A stretch of 20,000 nt of DNA from an uncultured virus (IMG/VR IMGVR_UViG_3300023094_000010) (Duplodnaviria; Heunggongvirae; Uroviricota; Caudoviricetes): the IMG/VR virus record IMGVR_UViG_3300023094_000010. The stretch is one strand, 5' to 3'. How positions within the stretch are numbered: the first letter of the stretch is position 1; the number at the start of each line of letters is the position of its first letter. Below the pieces are notes generated by a model. That model worked only from the letters and a program-made list of their open reading frames with translations. It ran no database searches and was not told the origin of the DNA. The translations under genes and the position numbers were made by a program. Positions 1 through 8,214 of the stretch are shown here, one piece after another.

Positions 1-56
1 ACGGCCGCGTCGTCCGCCGCGCCTGACACTCCCAATAGTAATATCTCGTTATCCTT

Positions 57-392
57 GTGAAAAAATCCATCCTCAACATCGGCCTCGCCCGCAAGGGGCA
101 GGCCGAACTCAATTCCCTCTTCGTCTGGGAGCTCCTGATCCAAACCCTGCCGGCCGGCGTTTTCAACTACAAGACGCTGCGTTCCCAGACCGAGCCCACC
201 CTCGTCGCTGAAGTGGCCACCGACGACATCCCCGACACCTTCCTCGAAGGCCTCGCCGTCGTCCTTGGACAGGACTGCCTTGCCTGCTTGGATGACGGCA
301 AGACTGGCAGGCTCGTAGGCCCCAGAGCCGCCGACTGGGGCACCTTCAGCGGGTCCCAATTCTATCTCCTCAACGGAAACACCCTTGAATAA
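57..392 (+). CDS. Phage hypothetical protein, possible SAM lyase (T3 SAMase-like)
   Basis: 111 aa, C-ending codon bias, GTG start. Motifs TEPTLV and LGQDCL followed by GRLV resemble T3 SAMase TEEKTV...EQDCVLV...AGLV. Confidence 0.5.
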   Translation: MKKSILNIGLARKGQAELNSLFVWELLIQTLPAGVFNYKTLRSQTEPTLVAEVATDDIPDTFLEGLAVVLGQDCLACLDDGKTGRLVGPRAADWGTFSGSQFYLLNGNTLE

Positions 393-591
393 AGCCACCC
401 TCGCAGCCGCCAACCTCGTTACAACTTCCGGTCCTCTCAATTATGTCCACGCTCTCGAAAATCCCTCCTTCAAAATCTCCTACGACGCCGAAACGCTCGC
501 AGCTGCGGCGCTCCGCGTCGCCGAGCAACGGGGATACGAGCGTGGTCGCGCCGACGCCCGGCGAGATCTCATCGACCGGCTTTTCTCTTAG
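385..591 (+). CDS. Small hypothetical protein overlapping the 5' part of the sigma ORF
   Basis: 68 aa, TTG start overlapping the upstream stop region. Genome-typical codons (gcc, ctc, atc, tcc). Confidence 0.6.
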   Translation: MNKATLAAANLVTTSGPLNYVHALENPSFKISYDAETLAAAALRVAEQRGYERGRADARRDLIDRLFS

Positions 592-1393
592 TCGCATCGC
601 CCGTTTGGCCGGCGAGTTCAAGCCGCTGTCGGGGTCCGAGGAGCGAAAGCTCTTGGCCTCGAGAAAAACGAAGGACGAGAAACGCCTCGCCCTCTGGCAC
701 CACAATCTGCGGTACGCCGGCCTCCTCACGACCGAGGCTTTCAATCGCCGCCTGCCTCACCAAATCTGCACCCGCGACGACCTCGAGTCCGCCGCGTTCG
801 TCGCGCTGTGGGACGCCGCCGGCAATTTCGAACCTCAACGGGGCACGAAGTTCATCTCGTACGCCAAATGGGGCATCAACAAGGCCCTCTCCGACGTCCT
901 CACGCACTCCGCGAGCGGCCTGACGGTGCCTCGTGCGGCTATCCGCATCTTGGGAGCCCTCAAAACGCAGGAAGACACCGGCGTCGAAAGCAAACAGTTT
1001 TCTCAGCGTCGACTGCAGAAGGCCGCCCTCTATCGAACTGCGGTGACCTCTATCGATTATACACATCTCAAAGGGGATTCCGCCGACGTCATCGAGGGCC
1101 GTCACGCTCTTATCCCCGGCGACATCGACACTGTCAAGGAGGTCGAGACGCCCGAGCTGTCCGCCAAGCTCGACGAGATGCTGGAGAAGCTGGCCGGATT
1201 AGATCCCCGCATGCCCCAGATGCTGCGTGATTATTACGACTTCGACGGCCGCCACCACACCCTCGACACCATCGGGAAAAAACACGGCATCACCCGCGAA
1301 CGCGTCCGCCAAATCCTTTTCCAAGGGCTCCGCCGTCTCCGCATCCTCGCGCAGGCGCGGGGCATCAAATTCCAAGACCTCCTCGCCTCGTGA
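443..1393 (+). CDS. Sigma-70 family RNA polymerase sigma factor (start uncertain)
   Basis: Region 1.2-like PLSGSEERKLL; region 2 DDLESAAFVALWDAAGNFEPQRGTKFISYAKWGI; region 4.2 TLDTIGKKHGITRERVRQI. Confidence 0.92.
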   Translation: MSTLSKIPPSKSPTTPKRSQLRRSASPSNGDTSVVAPTPGEISSTGFSLSRIARLAGEFKPLSGSEERKLLASRKTKDEKRLALWHHNLRYAGLLTTEAFNRRLPHQICTRDDLESAAFVALWDAAGNFEPQRGTKFISYAKWGINKALSDVLTHSASGLTVPRAAIRILGALKTQEDTGVESKQFSQRRLQKAALYRTAVTSIDYTHLKGDSADVIEGRHALIPGDIDTVKEVETPELSAKLDEMLEKLAGLDPRMPQMLRDYYDFDGRHHTLDTIGKKHGITRERVRQILFQGLRRLRILAQARGIKFQDLLAS

Positions 1394-1995
1394 TCATCAT
1401 CTCCGACGTCCACGGCTGCTACAACACGTTCCGCCGCCTTCTGCGCAAATGTCCCGACGAGCCCCTTGTTCTTGGCGGTGACAACATCGACCGCGGGCCT
1501 CGGTCGGCTGAAATGGTCCGCTGGATCATGGACACTCAGACCCCTTCGGTGAAGGGTAACCACGAAGACCTGATGCTCGGCGAACTCGGCATCGTCGATC
1601 ACTACGACGAAGGACTGTGGGTCATGAACGGCGGCGGGGATGCAATAAAATCGTGGAACGGACTTCCTCCGAACGACGTCCGGAAATGGGCATTCGAGCT
1701 GCCGTATTATCTGAAGTTCGACAACCTCCTCATCTCTCACACCGGACACGGATTGGCCGGCGATAAACCGCACGGGCACCTGTCGGCGCTCTGGCACCGC
1801 GACCCTCAATTTCCGGACGACGGCCTGTTCCGCGTCTTCGGTCACACTCCCGCCAAGGAGCCCGTCATCACATCTTCCTACGCCATGATCGACACCGGCT
1901 GTGCGTATCAGAATCGTGGATACGGAACTCTCACGGCCTTGCAATGGCCGTCGATGCAAATTTTTCAGCAACCCTACGACGAATCTCCTCTTTAA
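1390..1995 (+). CDS. Calcineurin-like metallophosphoesterase (Ser/Thr phosphatase, lambda NinI/PrpA-like)
   Basis: Motifs SDVHG, GDNIDRG, GNHE, SHTG, FGHTP, IDTG. GTGA overlap with the sigma stop codon. Confidence 0.92.
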   Translation: MIIISDVHGCYNTFRRLLRKCPDEPLVLGGDNIDRGPRSAEMVRWIMDTQTPSVKGNHEDLMLGELGIVDHYDEGLWVMNGGGDAIKSWNGLPPNDVRKWAFELPYYLKFDNLLISHTGHGLAGDKPHGHLSALWHRDPQFPDDGLFRVFGHTPAKEPVITSSYAMIDTGCAYQNRGYGTLTALQWPSMQIFQQPYDESPL

Positions 1996-2000
1996 ATCTC

Positions 2001-3265
2001 ATGGTCGACTTTGCAAAACTTCTCGATAAAAACTGTGCCTCCGACAAGGCCCCGATCGTGTTCACCCCCGATCAGCAGGAGGCCTACGACGCCGTCTGCT
2101 CTGGAAAAAATGTCTGCATCACCGGCCCCGCCGGGACGGGAAAATCCGTGCTGTTGAATTGCCTTCGCGAGGCTTTCAAAGGCGGCCTCGACGTCACCGC
2201 TTCCACCGGCATTGCCGCGCTCAACGTGAGCGGCATCACGATCCACTCGTGGGCCGGCCTTGGACTCGGCGAGGACCCGATCAACTACATCGTCAGCCAA
2301 ATCCTGCAACGTCGCAAGGTCCTCTATCGCATACGAAATTGCCGACGCCTCGCCATCGACGAGGTGAGCATGCTCTCGGCTCCGCTGCTGACCAAGCTCT
2401 CCGAGGTCTTGTCGGCCGAATGGGCTCGCGCCGAGATTGAAGTGCATGAGCTCACGACCATCGTTCGTCAAAAGGATGCCAATTTCGCCGCCCTCCTCAA
2501 CAAAATCCGCGTCGGCACCGTCGACCACGAAGTGGCTGCGCTGCTCCAGTCCCGGCTCGAGGCGGTCGACAATGACCTGACGATCAAGCCTGTCGTGCTG
2601 GAAGGCCGCAACGAAGACGTCGACCGCCTGAACCAAAAGGAGCTGGCCAAAATCGACGCCGAGGTTTGTCGCTCCGTCGCACAAGACACCGGCGAGCCCT
2701 CCTTTGTTGAACGCCTGAAAAAAGACTGCATCGCCCCGAGGTGCTCGATCTGAAAATCGGGGCTCAAGTGATGTGTCTCAAAAATCTCAATCCCGAGTAC
2801 GGCGTGGTCAACGGCAGCGTCGGTGTGCTCGTGTCGTTCGACGGAAAAACCGAGGACGGTGACAACCTGCCGCTGGTTCAATTTGGAGCCTCGAAGATTC
2901 TGTGGCCCATCGCGCCGGCGGTGTGGGAACTGAAAGACGGCCAGAACGTCATGGCTCGGCGCGAGCAATTCCCGCTGCGTCTTGCGTGGGCCATCACCAT
3001 CCACAAATCACAGGGCATGACGCTCGACAAGATGAGCGTGAATTTGCACGACATCTTCGAGGCCGGCCAGTCGTACGTGGCCTTGTCCCGCGCCCGCACG
3101 CTCGAAGGCGTTTTCCTCACTGCAGTGGACGCGGGGCGCATCCGCGCTCATCCGGACGCCGTCGCTTTCTACGCCAAGAACAAACGTATCCAAAATTCGG
3201 ATACCGCCGAAGCCGACCGTTGCCCCTTCGAGGATCACGGCGTTGACGAACCTGAAATAAATTAA
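2001..3265 (+). pseudogene. Pif1/RecD-like SF1B helicase, frameshifted and lacking motif III
   Basis: Walker A GPAGTGKS, ASTGIAA, TIHSWAG, DEVSML, IVRQ in 2001..2753. LKIGAQVM, VNGSVG, QFPLRLAWAITIHKSQGMTL, YVALSRAR in 2741..3265. Frame changes at CCCC 2734-2737. No GDxxQLPP motif. Confidence 0.85.
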
Positions 3266-3303
3266 AAATAGTTGTTGACGGCGGGAGCGCGGTCTGTTTT
3301 TCT
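3264..3303 (+). promoter_or_regulatory. Class 1 promoter: A-tract, TTGACG-17-TTTTCT
   Basis: TTGACG 3275-3280 and TTTTCT 3298-3303. The 16-mer AAAAATAGTTGTTGAC is identical to 15128-15143. Confidence 0.75.
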
Positions 3304-3324
3304 CGGATCAACCTAGTAATACAA

Positions 3325-3669
3325 ATGATCTCCCTGACCACTCCCGCCTTCATCTCTTTCCTCGCCGGTGCCGAGAAAATCACCGTCGACCACATCACTG
3401 CCAACTACCCGCGCAATGCGGCTCTCATCGAGCTCAAACTCGTAGCGACCGAGGGCAAGAAAAACATCCACGTCGTCCGCACCGAGCGTTGCCGCAAGGA
3501 CAACAAAATCATCACCAGTTCCAGCCACTGCCTGATCGATCGCGCCACCGGCGACGTGTTGAAGCCCGCTGGCTACGGCCGCCCCGCCAAGGGCACTCGT
3601 GGCAACATCAACGACCAGCACAACGGCCTCGGCCGCATGGGCGAGTACGGCCCCCACTACAATCGCTAA
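3325..3669 (+). CDS. Conserved phage hypothetical protein
   Basis: GKKNIHVV...HCLIDRATGDVLKPAGYGRPAKGTRGNI resembles a widespread small phage family (FVDKxTGDVxKPAxWxxPAKxxR). Confidence 0.8.
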   Translation: MISLTTPAFISFLAGAEKITVDHITANYPRNAALIELKLVATEGKKNIHVVRTERCRKDNKIITSSSHCLIDRATGDVLKPAGYGRPAKGTRGNINDQHNGLGRMGEYGPHYNR

Positions 3670-3688
3670 AACTTTTTCCTCCCAACAC

Positions 3689-4963
3689 ATGAAATCCATC
3701 CCGTCTCATCTCCCTCCGTTGCCTGTGGGCACCGTTTTTCTCGGCCTCGGCGGCTCGTTCAAACTTCTGCCGGGCAGCGCCTACTTCAAATCGTACACGT
3801 TCTACAAGAACGACCATCAATGGAGCGGTCTGGAAAGTAATGCGGGTGACGGTAGCCGCACCTACTACGCCGCCCCGGCCGACTCCGAGATCGTGCGCCT
3901 GAACGCCCCGAAGTCTGTCGACCTGAGCTCCTGCGTCGTTGGTCAGAAGCTCCGCTGCCGCGACGGTTCCTTCTACACCTTCGAGGGTTCGTGTGTCCGT
4001 GGTGGGCACATCTGCCGCATCGCCCTGATCGATAATCCAAAACACTACCGAAGCGTCTACACCTCCACCGGCCGAGGCAACGAAGTGGGCGGCATCGATT
4101 GCGACTGCGACGTCCTCGAAATCCTGCCCCTCGAACAGCAGGCCTCCCCCGCGCCCGAGATCGCCAAACCCCCGGCCGCTCCGCGTTCGCCGCGGGAGCT
4201 TTACTTGGAGGGAGCCAAGCTGGCCGACTTCAAGGCCGGCGAGTGGGTCAAGGTGCTCTTCGCAGTGCCGACCGAGGCTGGCTGGCCCGGAACGTGGGTT
4301 GAGGACATGAACGCGTTCGTCGGCGAGACGCACGAGGTCGTCACTCCTGCCGTGACCGCGCCCGACGCTCGTTATCCGTCCGGCAACGTCGGGATCAAAA
4401 ACAAAAAAGGTGTCCGCTGGTTTTTCCCGTGGTTCTGTCTCCAACGCGCCGAGTCCCCCAAGCCGCCGACTCCGAAAAAGCCGGAGCCGGTCAGCATCAA
4501 GCTGGACGATAGTTTCACGGCTGTCATCGACAACGCTCTCACCGTCAAGGTCGGCTGCCAGACCTTCGAGGTCCAGAAGCTGAAAGAGCTCGAAACCTCA
4601 ATGGGGCCGGCGTCTCGCACGCTTGCTCTGAACAGCTCGTACGTCGCGCAATTCACCGCCCCAGCGGTCGACCACTGCGTCGTCAACGGCACCAAGATCG
4701 CGGCTGACACGCTCCGCCAGATCATCAAGGCCGCCGAGGTGTTCGCTGCCCCGGCTGCGCAAGCAACCGAGCTCGCCGCCAAGGTCCGTCGCTTCACCCA
4801 CGCCCAAATCAAATGGGACTACCACATGGAATTCAAACCCGACGGTACCGTTACCATGATCAAGGACGACAAAGACAAAAAACGCACCGTCATGACCCAT
4901 TTTTACAAGATCTACGAGGCCGAACGCATGGTTGCGCAGGGCATCTGGAAAGAGATCCCGTAA
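3689..4963 (+). CDS. Multidomain hypothetical protein with Pro-rich linkers
   Basis: ATG 3689 follows a pyrimidine/AC-rich spacer. Long ORF with typical codon bias; several small modules separated by PAPEIAKPP and PKPPTPKKP linkers. Confidence 0.85.
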   Translation: MKSIPSHLPPLPVGTVFLGLGGSFKLLPGSAYFKSYTFYKNDHQWSGLESNAGDGSRTYYAAPADSEIVRLNAPKSVDLSSCVVGQKLRCRDGSFYTFEGSCVRGGHICRIALIDNPKHYRSVYTSTGRGNEVGGIDCDCDVLEILPLEQQASPAPEIAKPPAAPRSPRELYLEGAKLADFKAGEWVKVLFAVPTEAGWPGTWVEDMNAFVGETHEVVTPAVTAPDARYPSGNVGIKNKKGVRWFFPWFCLQRAESPKPPTPKKPEPVSIKLDDSFTAVIDNALTVKVGCQTFEVQKLKELETSMGPASRTLALNSSYVAQFTAPAVDHCVVNGTKIAADTLRQIIKAAEVFAAPAAQATELAAKVRRFTHAQIKWDYHMEFKPDGTVTMIKDDKDKKRTVMTHFYKIYEAERMVAQGIWKEIP

Positions 4964-4974
4964 ACCACAACAAC

Positions 4975-5007
4975 GGCGGGCGACCTCCGAGGTCGCCCGC
5001 CTTAATT
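4975..5007 (+). terminator. Stem-loop, probable intrinsic terminator
   Basis: Perfect 12-bp stem GGCGGGCGACCT/AGGTCGCCCGCC, 3-nt loop, followed by TTAATT (weak U tract). Confidence 0.65.
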
Positions 5008-5024
5008 AACACTCGTAAAATTCA

Positions 5025-5366
5025 ATGAACGCCAAACAACGAAAAGCACACTCCGCCAAGCTCAGCCGGGCTTGGTATCGCACCCCAAAGGGTCAGGCCT
5101 ATCAACGGACGCTCCGTGAGCGCCTGTTTTCTCCCGAGTGGAAGCTCCTCCCCGGCCCGCGTAAATGGACCTTCCGCGACGACGTCGCCGTGCTGAGCAG
5201 GACGAAGTCCGACCGCGAGCTCGCGCAAGCCTTCGGGCTCACGATGCCGGCGGTTCGTCAGCGCCGCAATCGCCTCAATAAACTCCTCTGGACGGCCGGC
5301 CAGCATTCGCTGGTTGCGAGCGGCCAAATCTCTTACTCCCTCCGCCTGCAGAAGGCCCTCTCCTAA
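5025..5366 (+). CDS. Putative HTH DNA-binding protein
   Basis: Basic protein; WTFRDD...SDRELAQAFGLTMPAVRQRRNRL fits an HTH/Myb-like pattern. Confidence 0.65.
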   Translation: MNAKQRKAHSAKLSRAWYRTPKGQAYQRTLRERLFSPEWKLLPGPRKWTFRDDVAVLSRTKSDRELAQAFGLTMPAVRQRRNRLNKLLWTAGQHSLVASGQISYSLRLQKALS

Positions 5367-5635
5367 TGTCCTACAGCTACAAAACCGAACGCCCGTTCAT
5401 TTTCACCGAGGAAGGACAGGTCCAATTCTTGGCCGTCCGGGATCGTGTCCAGCACCTGATCAAAACCGCGGGGGCTTTCCGCATGGATCGCGCCATCGAA
5501 AAGCAATCCGGCGACTCGTGGCACCTACTCGCCTGCGTCGACCGTCTCGTGGAGCTGAAAGAAATCCACGAACTCACCCCTCCAAACTCGTGCGCGGGTC
5601 AGCACCGCGTCTTCACCAACTTCGACCGCCTGTGA
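5366..5635 (+). CDS. Phage hypothetical protein
   Basis: 89 aa, TAATG coupling to the upstream gene, typical codon bias. Confidence 0.8.
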   Translation: MSYSYKTERPFIFTEEGQVQFLAVRDRVQHLIKTAGAFRMDRAIEKQSGDSWHLLACVDRLVELKEIHELTPPNSCAGQHRVFTNFDRL

Positions 5636-6186
5636 AACACTCCATCGAAATCCTCCCGTGCGGGAGCTACTGCCTCGCCCGTCCCGATCACACGCCGTAT
5701 TCACTCGGTGAATACCAACTCCTCCTGAAGTGCGTCGACCCCGAGGCCGAACGCCTCCTCGACAACATACTCGACTCCACCGATCACGAAGGCGACGCCG
5801 ACAAAAAAAACGTCGACACCTTCGAGGCCTACAAGCAGGCAAGGGCGCTGCTGCCCGAGACACTCAAAGAGCTTGAATTGCTCCGCGATAAAAACTTGGA
5901 GCTGCATGCTAAAATCGCCGGCCTCAACATCGGCCGACTTGATTTGGAAAAACTACGCGCCGAAGAAGCAGACGGCCTAAACGCCGAGATCGAATCCCTC
6001 CGCGCCACGGTCGCGTCGCAGGATAAAAAGATCACTTCGCTGATTCAAACCGGGCGACCCCTCAGGACTGGATATGAAAAGTTGCTGTCCCTCTCTTCGG
6101 TGCAGCCGGGAGCGCCAAACCCATCCATCACCGCCTACGACGAAGCTGTTCAATCATGCACACGCCGCCCCCTCTCACCCTCATAG
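5632..6186 (+). CDS. Coiled-coil hypothetical protein
   Basis: GTGA-coupled start at 5632 in the 5314..6186 frame; heptad-like L/E/K-rich central part. Confidence 0.75.
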   Translation: MKHSIEILPCGSYCLARPDHTPYSLGEYQLLLKCVDPEAERLLDNILDSTDHEGDADKKNVDTFEAYKQARALLPETLKELELLRDKNLELHAKIAGLNIGRLDLEKLRAEEADGLNAEIESLRATVASQDKKITSLIQTGRPLRTGYEKLLSLSSVQPGAPNPSITAYDEAVQSCTRRPLSPS

Positions 6187-6455
6187 ACGGCCCCGACTGC
6201 TACCATCTCGCAGGGTGGGAGGACCGAAAACACTGGGCACGCTTCAACGACGCCCTGTGGTCCCACATCTTTTCGCAAGGCTTCCATCACGGTATCCAAG
6301 AAATCGATACATTGAAGATTTTGGCTGACGCTCAGGCGGCCGAGATTGTGCGCCTGCGTGCGGCGCTTAAAGACGCAGAACTCACGCGTCCCTTCCAAAT
6401 TACGGTGCCCGCAGATTTTAGTTTAAAAACGCTTGACGGGGCCAAGCCTCTCTGA
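6156..6455 (+). CDS. Hypothetical protein
   Basis: 99 aa ORF filling the gap, contains a phage-typical AEIVRLRAAL helix. Confidence 0.65.
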   Translation: MHTPPPLTLIDGPDCYHLAGWEDRKHWARFNDALWSHIFSQGFHHGIQEIDTLKILADAQAAEIVRLRAALKDAELTRPFQITVPADFSLKTLDGAKPL

Positions 6456-6461
6456 ATTACT
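6425..6461 (+). promoter_or_regulatory. Class 1 promoter: TTGACG-17-ATTACT, leaderless ATG at 6469
   Basis: A-tract 6425-6429, TTGACG 6433-6438, ATTACT 6456-6461, ATG 7 nt later. Confidence 0.6.
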
Positions 6462-6468
6462 TCATGCC

Positions 6469-6642
6469 ATGACCTCTTTCTCTAAACTTTCCTCCACTGC
6501 CCAAGACCTGATCATCGATGCTCTCATGGGAAAATTCGACGAGAGCGGACCTCCTGAAATGTCCCCGGAAGTGCGAGCAGAGCTCGAAGCTTGGAGCATC
6601 ACCGACGGCACCCACGACGCTTTTACCCACTCCCATGATTGA
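6469..6642 (+). CDS. Small acidic hypothetical protein
   Basis: MTSFSKLSSTAQDLIIDALMG...; ATG placed at the predicted transcription start. Confidence 0.6.
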   Translation: MTSFSKLSSTAQDLIIDALMGKFDESGPPEMSPEVRAELEAWSITDGTHDAFTHSHD

Positions 6643-6730
6643 CCTTCTCCTCTGCATCCTCTTCACCCCCGTCGTTCTGGCCTATCAGGCTTGGATCGAC
6701 CGGGGCGGCGAAAACAACGAACACGACTAA
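6635..6730 (+). CDS. 31-aa single-TM membrane peptide
   Basis: MIDLLLCILFTPVVLAYQAWIDRGGENNEHD; overlaps the upstream stop. Confidence 0.55.
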   Translation: MIDLLLCILFTPVVLAYQAWIDRGGENNEHD

Positions 6731-6734
6731 AGCC

Positions 6735-6812
6735 GTGTGGTTTTTCCTTCTCGTCGTCTTCATCCTCTGGTGCCTGATGGAAGAGCCTCCATCCGACCCC
6801 AACCCGTCCTGA
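6735..6812 (+). CDS. 25-aa single-TM membrane peptide
   Basis: GTG start, MWFFLLVVFILWCLMEEPPSDPNPS; fills the gap between neighbours; C-ending codons. Confidence 0.5.
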   Translation: MWFFLLVVFILWCLMEEPPSDPNPS

Positions 6813-6814
6813 CC

Positions 6815-7192
6815 ATGGCCGACTTCAACACCACATCCACGCACAAAGCCCGTGTCGCCCGCACGTGCTACGAGACCGGCGAGATTATTGCCGCCGGGGA
6901 CCGTTACACCCGCTTCGCCGGCACCCACGAGGGCGACTTCTACTGCATCTGCATGAAGACGGAGGTCGCTGAGATTTTTAATCGCCTCAACTCCGAGTCG
7001 TGGAAAACCAACAAGGAAGGAATTGTCTTCGGGGGTCTGATCGATTACATCTACGACAGCCTGAACGAATCCTCCACGCCGCAACAAATGGCCGACGCCA
7101 AAGCCATTCACATGCTGTCGGGCCGCAAGCACGCTTGGATGTTCGAGCGCATCGCCGACGTCGAGGCAGTATCCAATTTACCAGTACAATGA
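6815..7192 (+). CDS. Phage hypothetical protein, degenerate Zn-ribbon-like N-terminus
   Basis: KARVARTCYETGEIIAAGDRY...GDF resembles the phage ARKxHxCxECxxxIxxGxxY family. Confidence 0.7.
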   Translation: MADFNTTSTHKARVARTCYETGEIIAAGDRYTRFAGTHEGDFYCICMKTEVAEIFNRLNSESWKTNKEGIVFGGLIDYIYDSLNESSTPQQMADAKAIHMLSGRKHAWMFERIADVEAVSNLPVQ

Positions 7193-7467
7193 GAAAGAAA
7201 AAGAAACTGCGGAAATCTCTGCCCAAAACGGGCCGTTTTTATTCTTTGTGGGAGCGTCAGACTCGACGACACAAATGGAGGAACACCCATTGTTTTGTGT
7301 GGGTCACTAATTGCGTCCCGGCAACCCGGGACGACCCTAAACACCTGCACGCCGAAATTTCCTACCAGACTTCGAACAGTGGAGGACCGTCTCGCACGGG
7401 CTGGGCTGTTTGCTACCTCTCTGACTACCGCCAATTGCGCACCCCGATCTTCGATTCGCCGCTCTAA
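7189..7467 (+). CDS. Basic hypothetical protein
   Basis: ATGA-coupled start, MRKKKKLRK...; fills the gap. Confidence 0.6.
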   Translation: MRKKKKLRKSLPKTGRFYSLWERQTRRHKWRNTHCFVWVTNCVPATRDDPKHLHAEISYQTSNSGGPSRTGWAVCYLSDYRQLRTPIFDSPL

Positions 7468-7493
7468 TTTTCGCTAGCCAATCCAAAAAACAC

Positions 7494-8210
7494 ATGAGTA
7501 ACATCACTGATCCCCGGGCCAAGTTCTGGGGTAAATTCGCCAAGTTCGCCGCCCTCGGGGTAGGCTGCTTTTTCATCGCCCCGTTCGTCTGGATCGCCAT
7601 CGGCGGTCTTCTCGGCCTCGTCTGCTTCGGCGGCATCGTCGGCACCCTCTGGTTCACCAAGGACTGGATCGCGGGTGTCGCCGCCAACGCCCGCCTGAAG
7701 CTCATCAAACACGAGGCGGCGTCCAATCCCGTCGAGACCTTGCAGGCTGAATCCCTGCGCCAGTCCAAGGTGCTGGAGGAACGCAAGGTCGCTCTGGAGA
7801 CCCTCAGCGGTGCTATTCGGTCGCTCGACCAAGCCATCGACGAGTTGCAATCCGAGTTTCCCGACTCCCCTGAATTGCCGCAGATGCGCTCCGACCAAGC
7901 AGAACTTGACGCCCTGCTGAAATCGCGCACCGAAAGCTGGACCGCAGCCTACGTGCAGCTCGGCGAATTCGACCGCGAAGTCGTGCGTGTCGGCAAGCTG
8001 TGGGACGTGTCCCTGAAGGCCGCCAAGGCCCGCGGCGCGTCGGGCCTGACCGAAGGCGAGTGGGTGGCCAAACTCCAGACGTCCACGGCCATTTCCTCCA
8101 TCCGCAACAACCTGAACACGCAGCTCTCAGCCCTGAGCGTCGAGCGCATGCAGGTTGAGGCCGATCGAATCCTGAAGGGCAAGTCCGTCAAAACCGCCCT
8201 TCCCGCCTAA
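7494..8210 (+). CDS. Membrane-anchored coiled-coil protein (PspA-like architecture)
   Basis: Two hydrophobic N-terminal segments followed by about 170 aa of coiled-coil-like sequence. Confidence 0.8.
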   Translation: MSNITDPRAKFWGKFAKFAALGVGCFFIAPFVWIAIGGLLGLVCFGGIVGTLWFTKDWIAGVAANARLKLIKHEAASNPVETLQAESLRQSKVLEERKVALETLSGAIRSLDQAIDELQSEFPDSPELPQMRSDQAELDALLKSRTESWTAAYVQLGEFDREVVRVGKLWDVSLKAAKARGASGLTEGEWVAKLQTSTAISSIRNNLNTQLSALSVERMQVEADRILKGKSVKTALPA

Positions 8211-8214
8211 TCCA

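Noticed and set aside
23..56. Promoter for the first gene and TAGTAATA shared with 3314-3321
   Set aside because: No convincing -35/-10 pair, upstream context is cut by the window edge, and two copies of an 8-mer are weak evidence.
2718..2724. AAAAAAG as a programmed -1 frameshift site for the helicase
   Set aside because: It is read AAA-AAA-G in the upstream frame, not A-AAA-AAG, and a shift here would lose the homolog-like DCIAP sequence.
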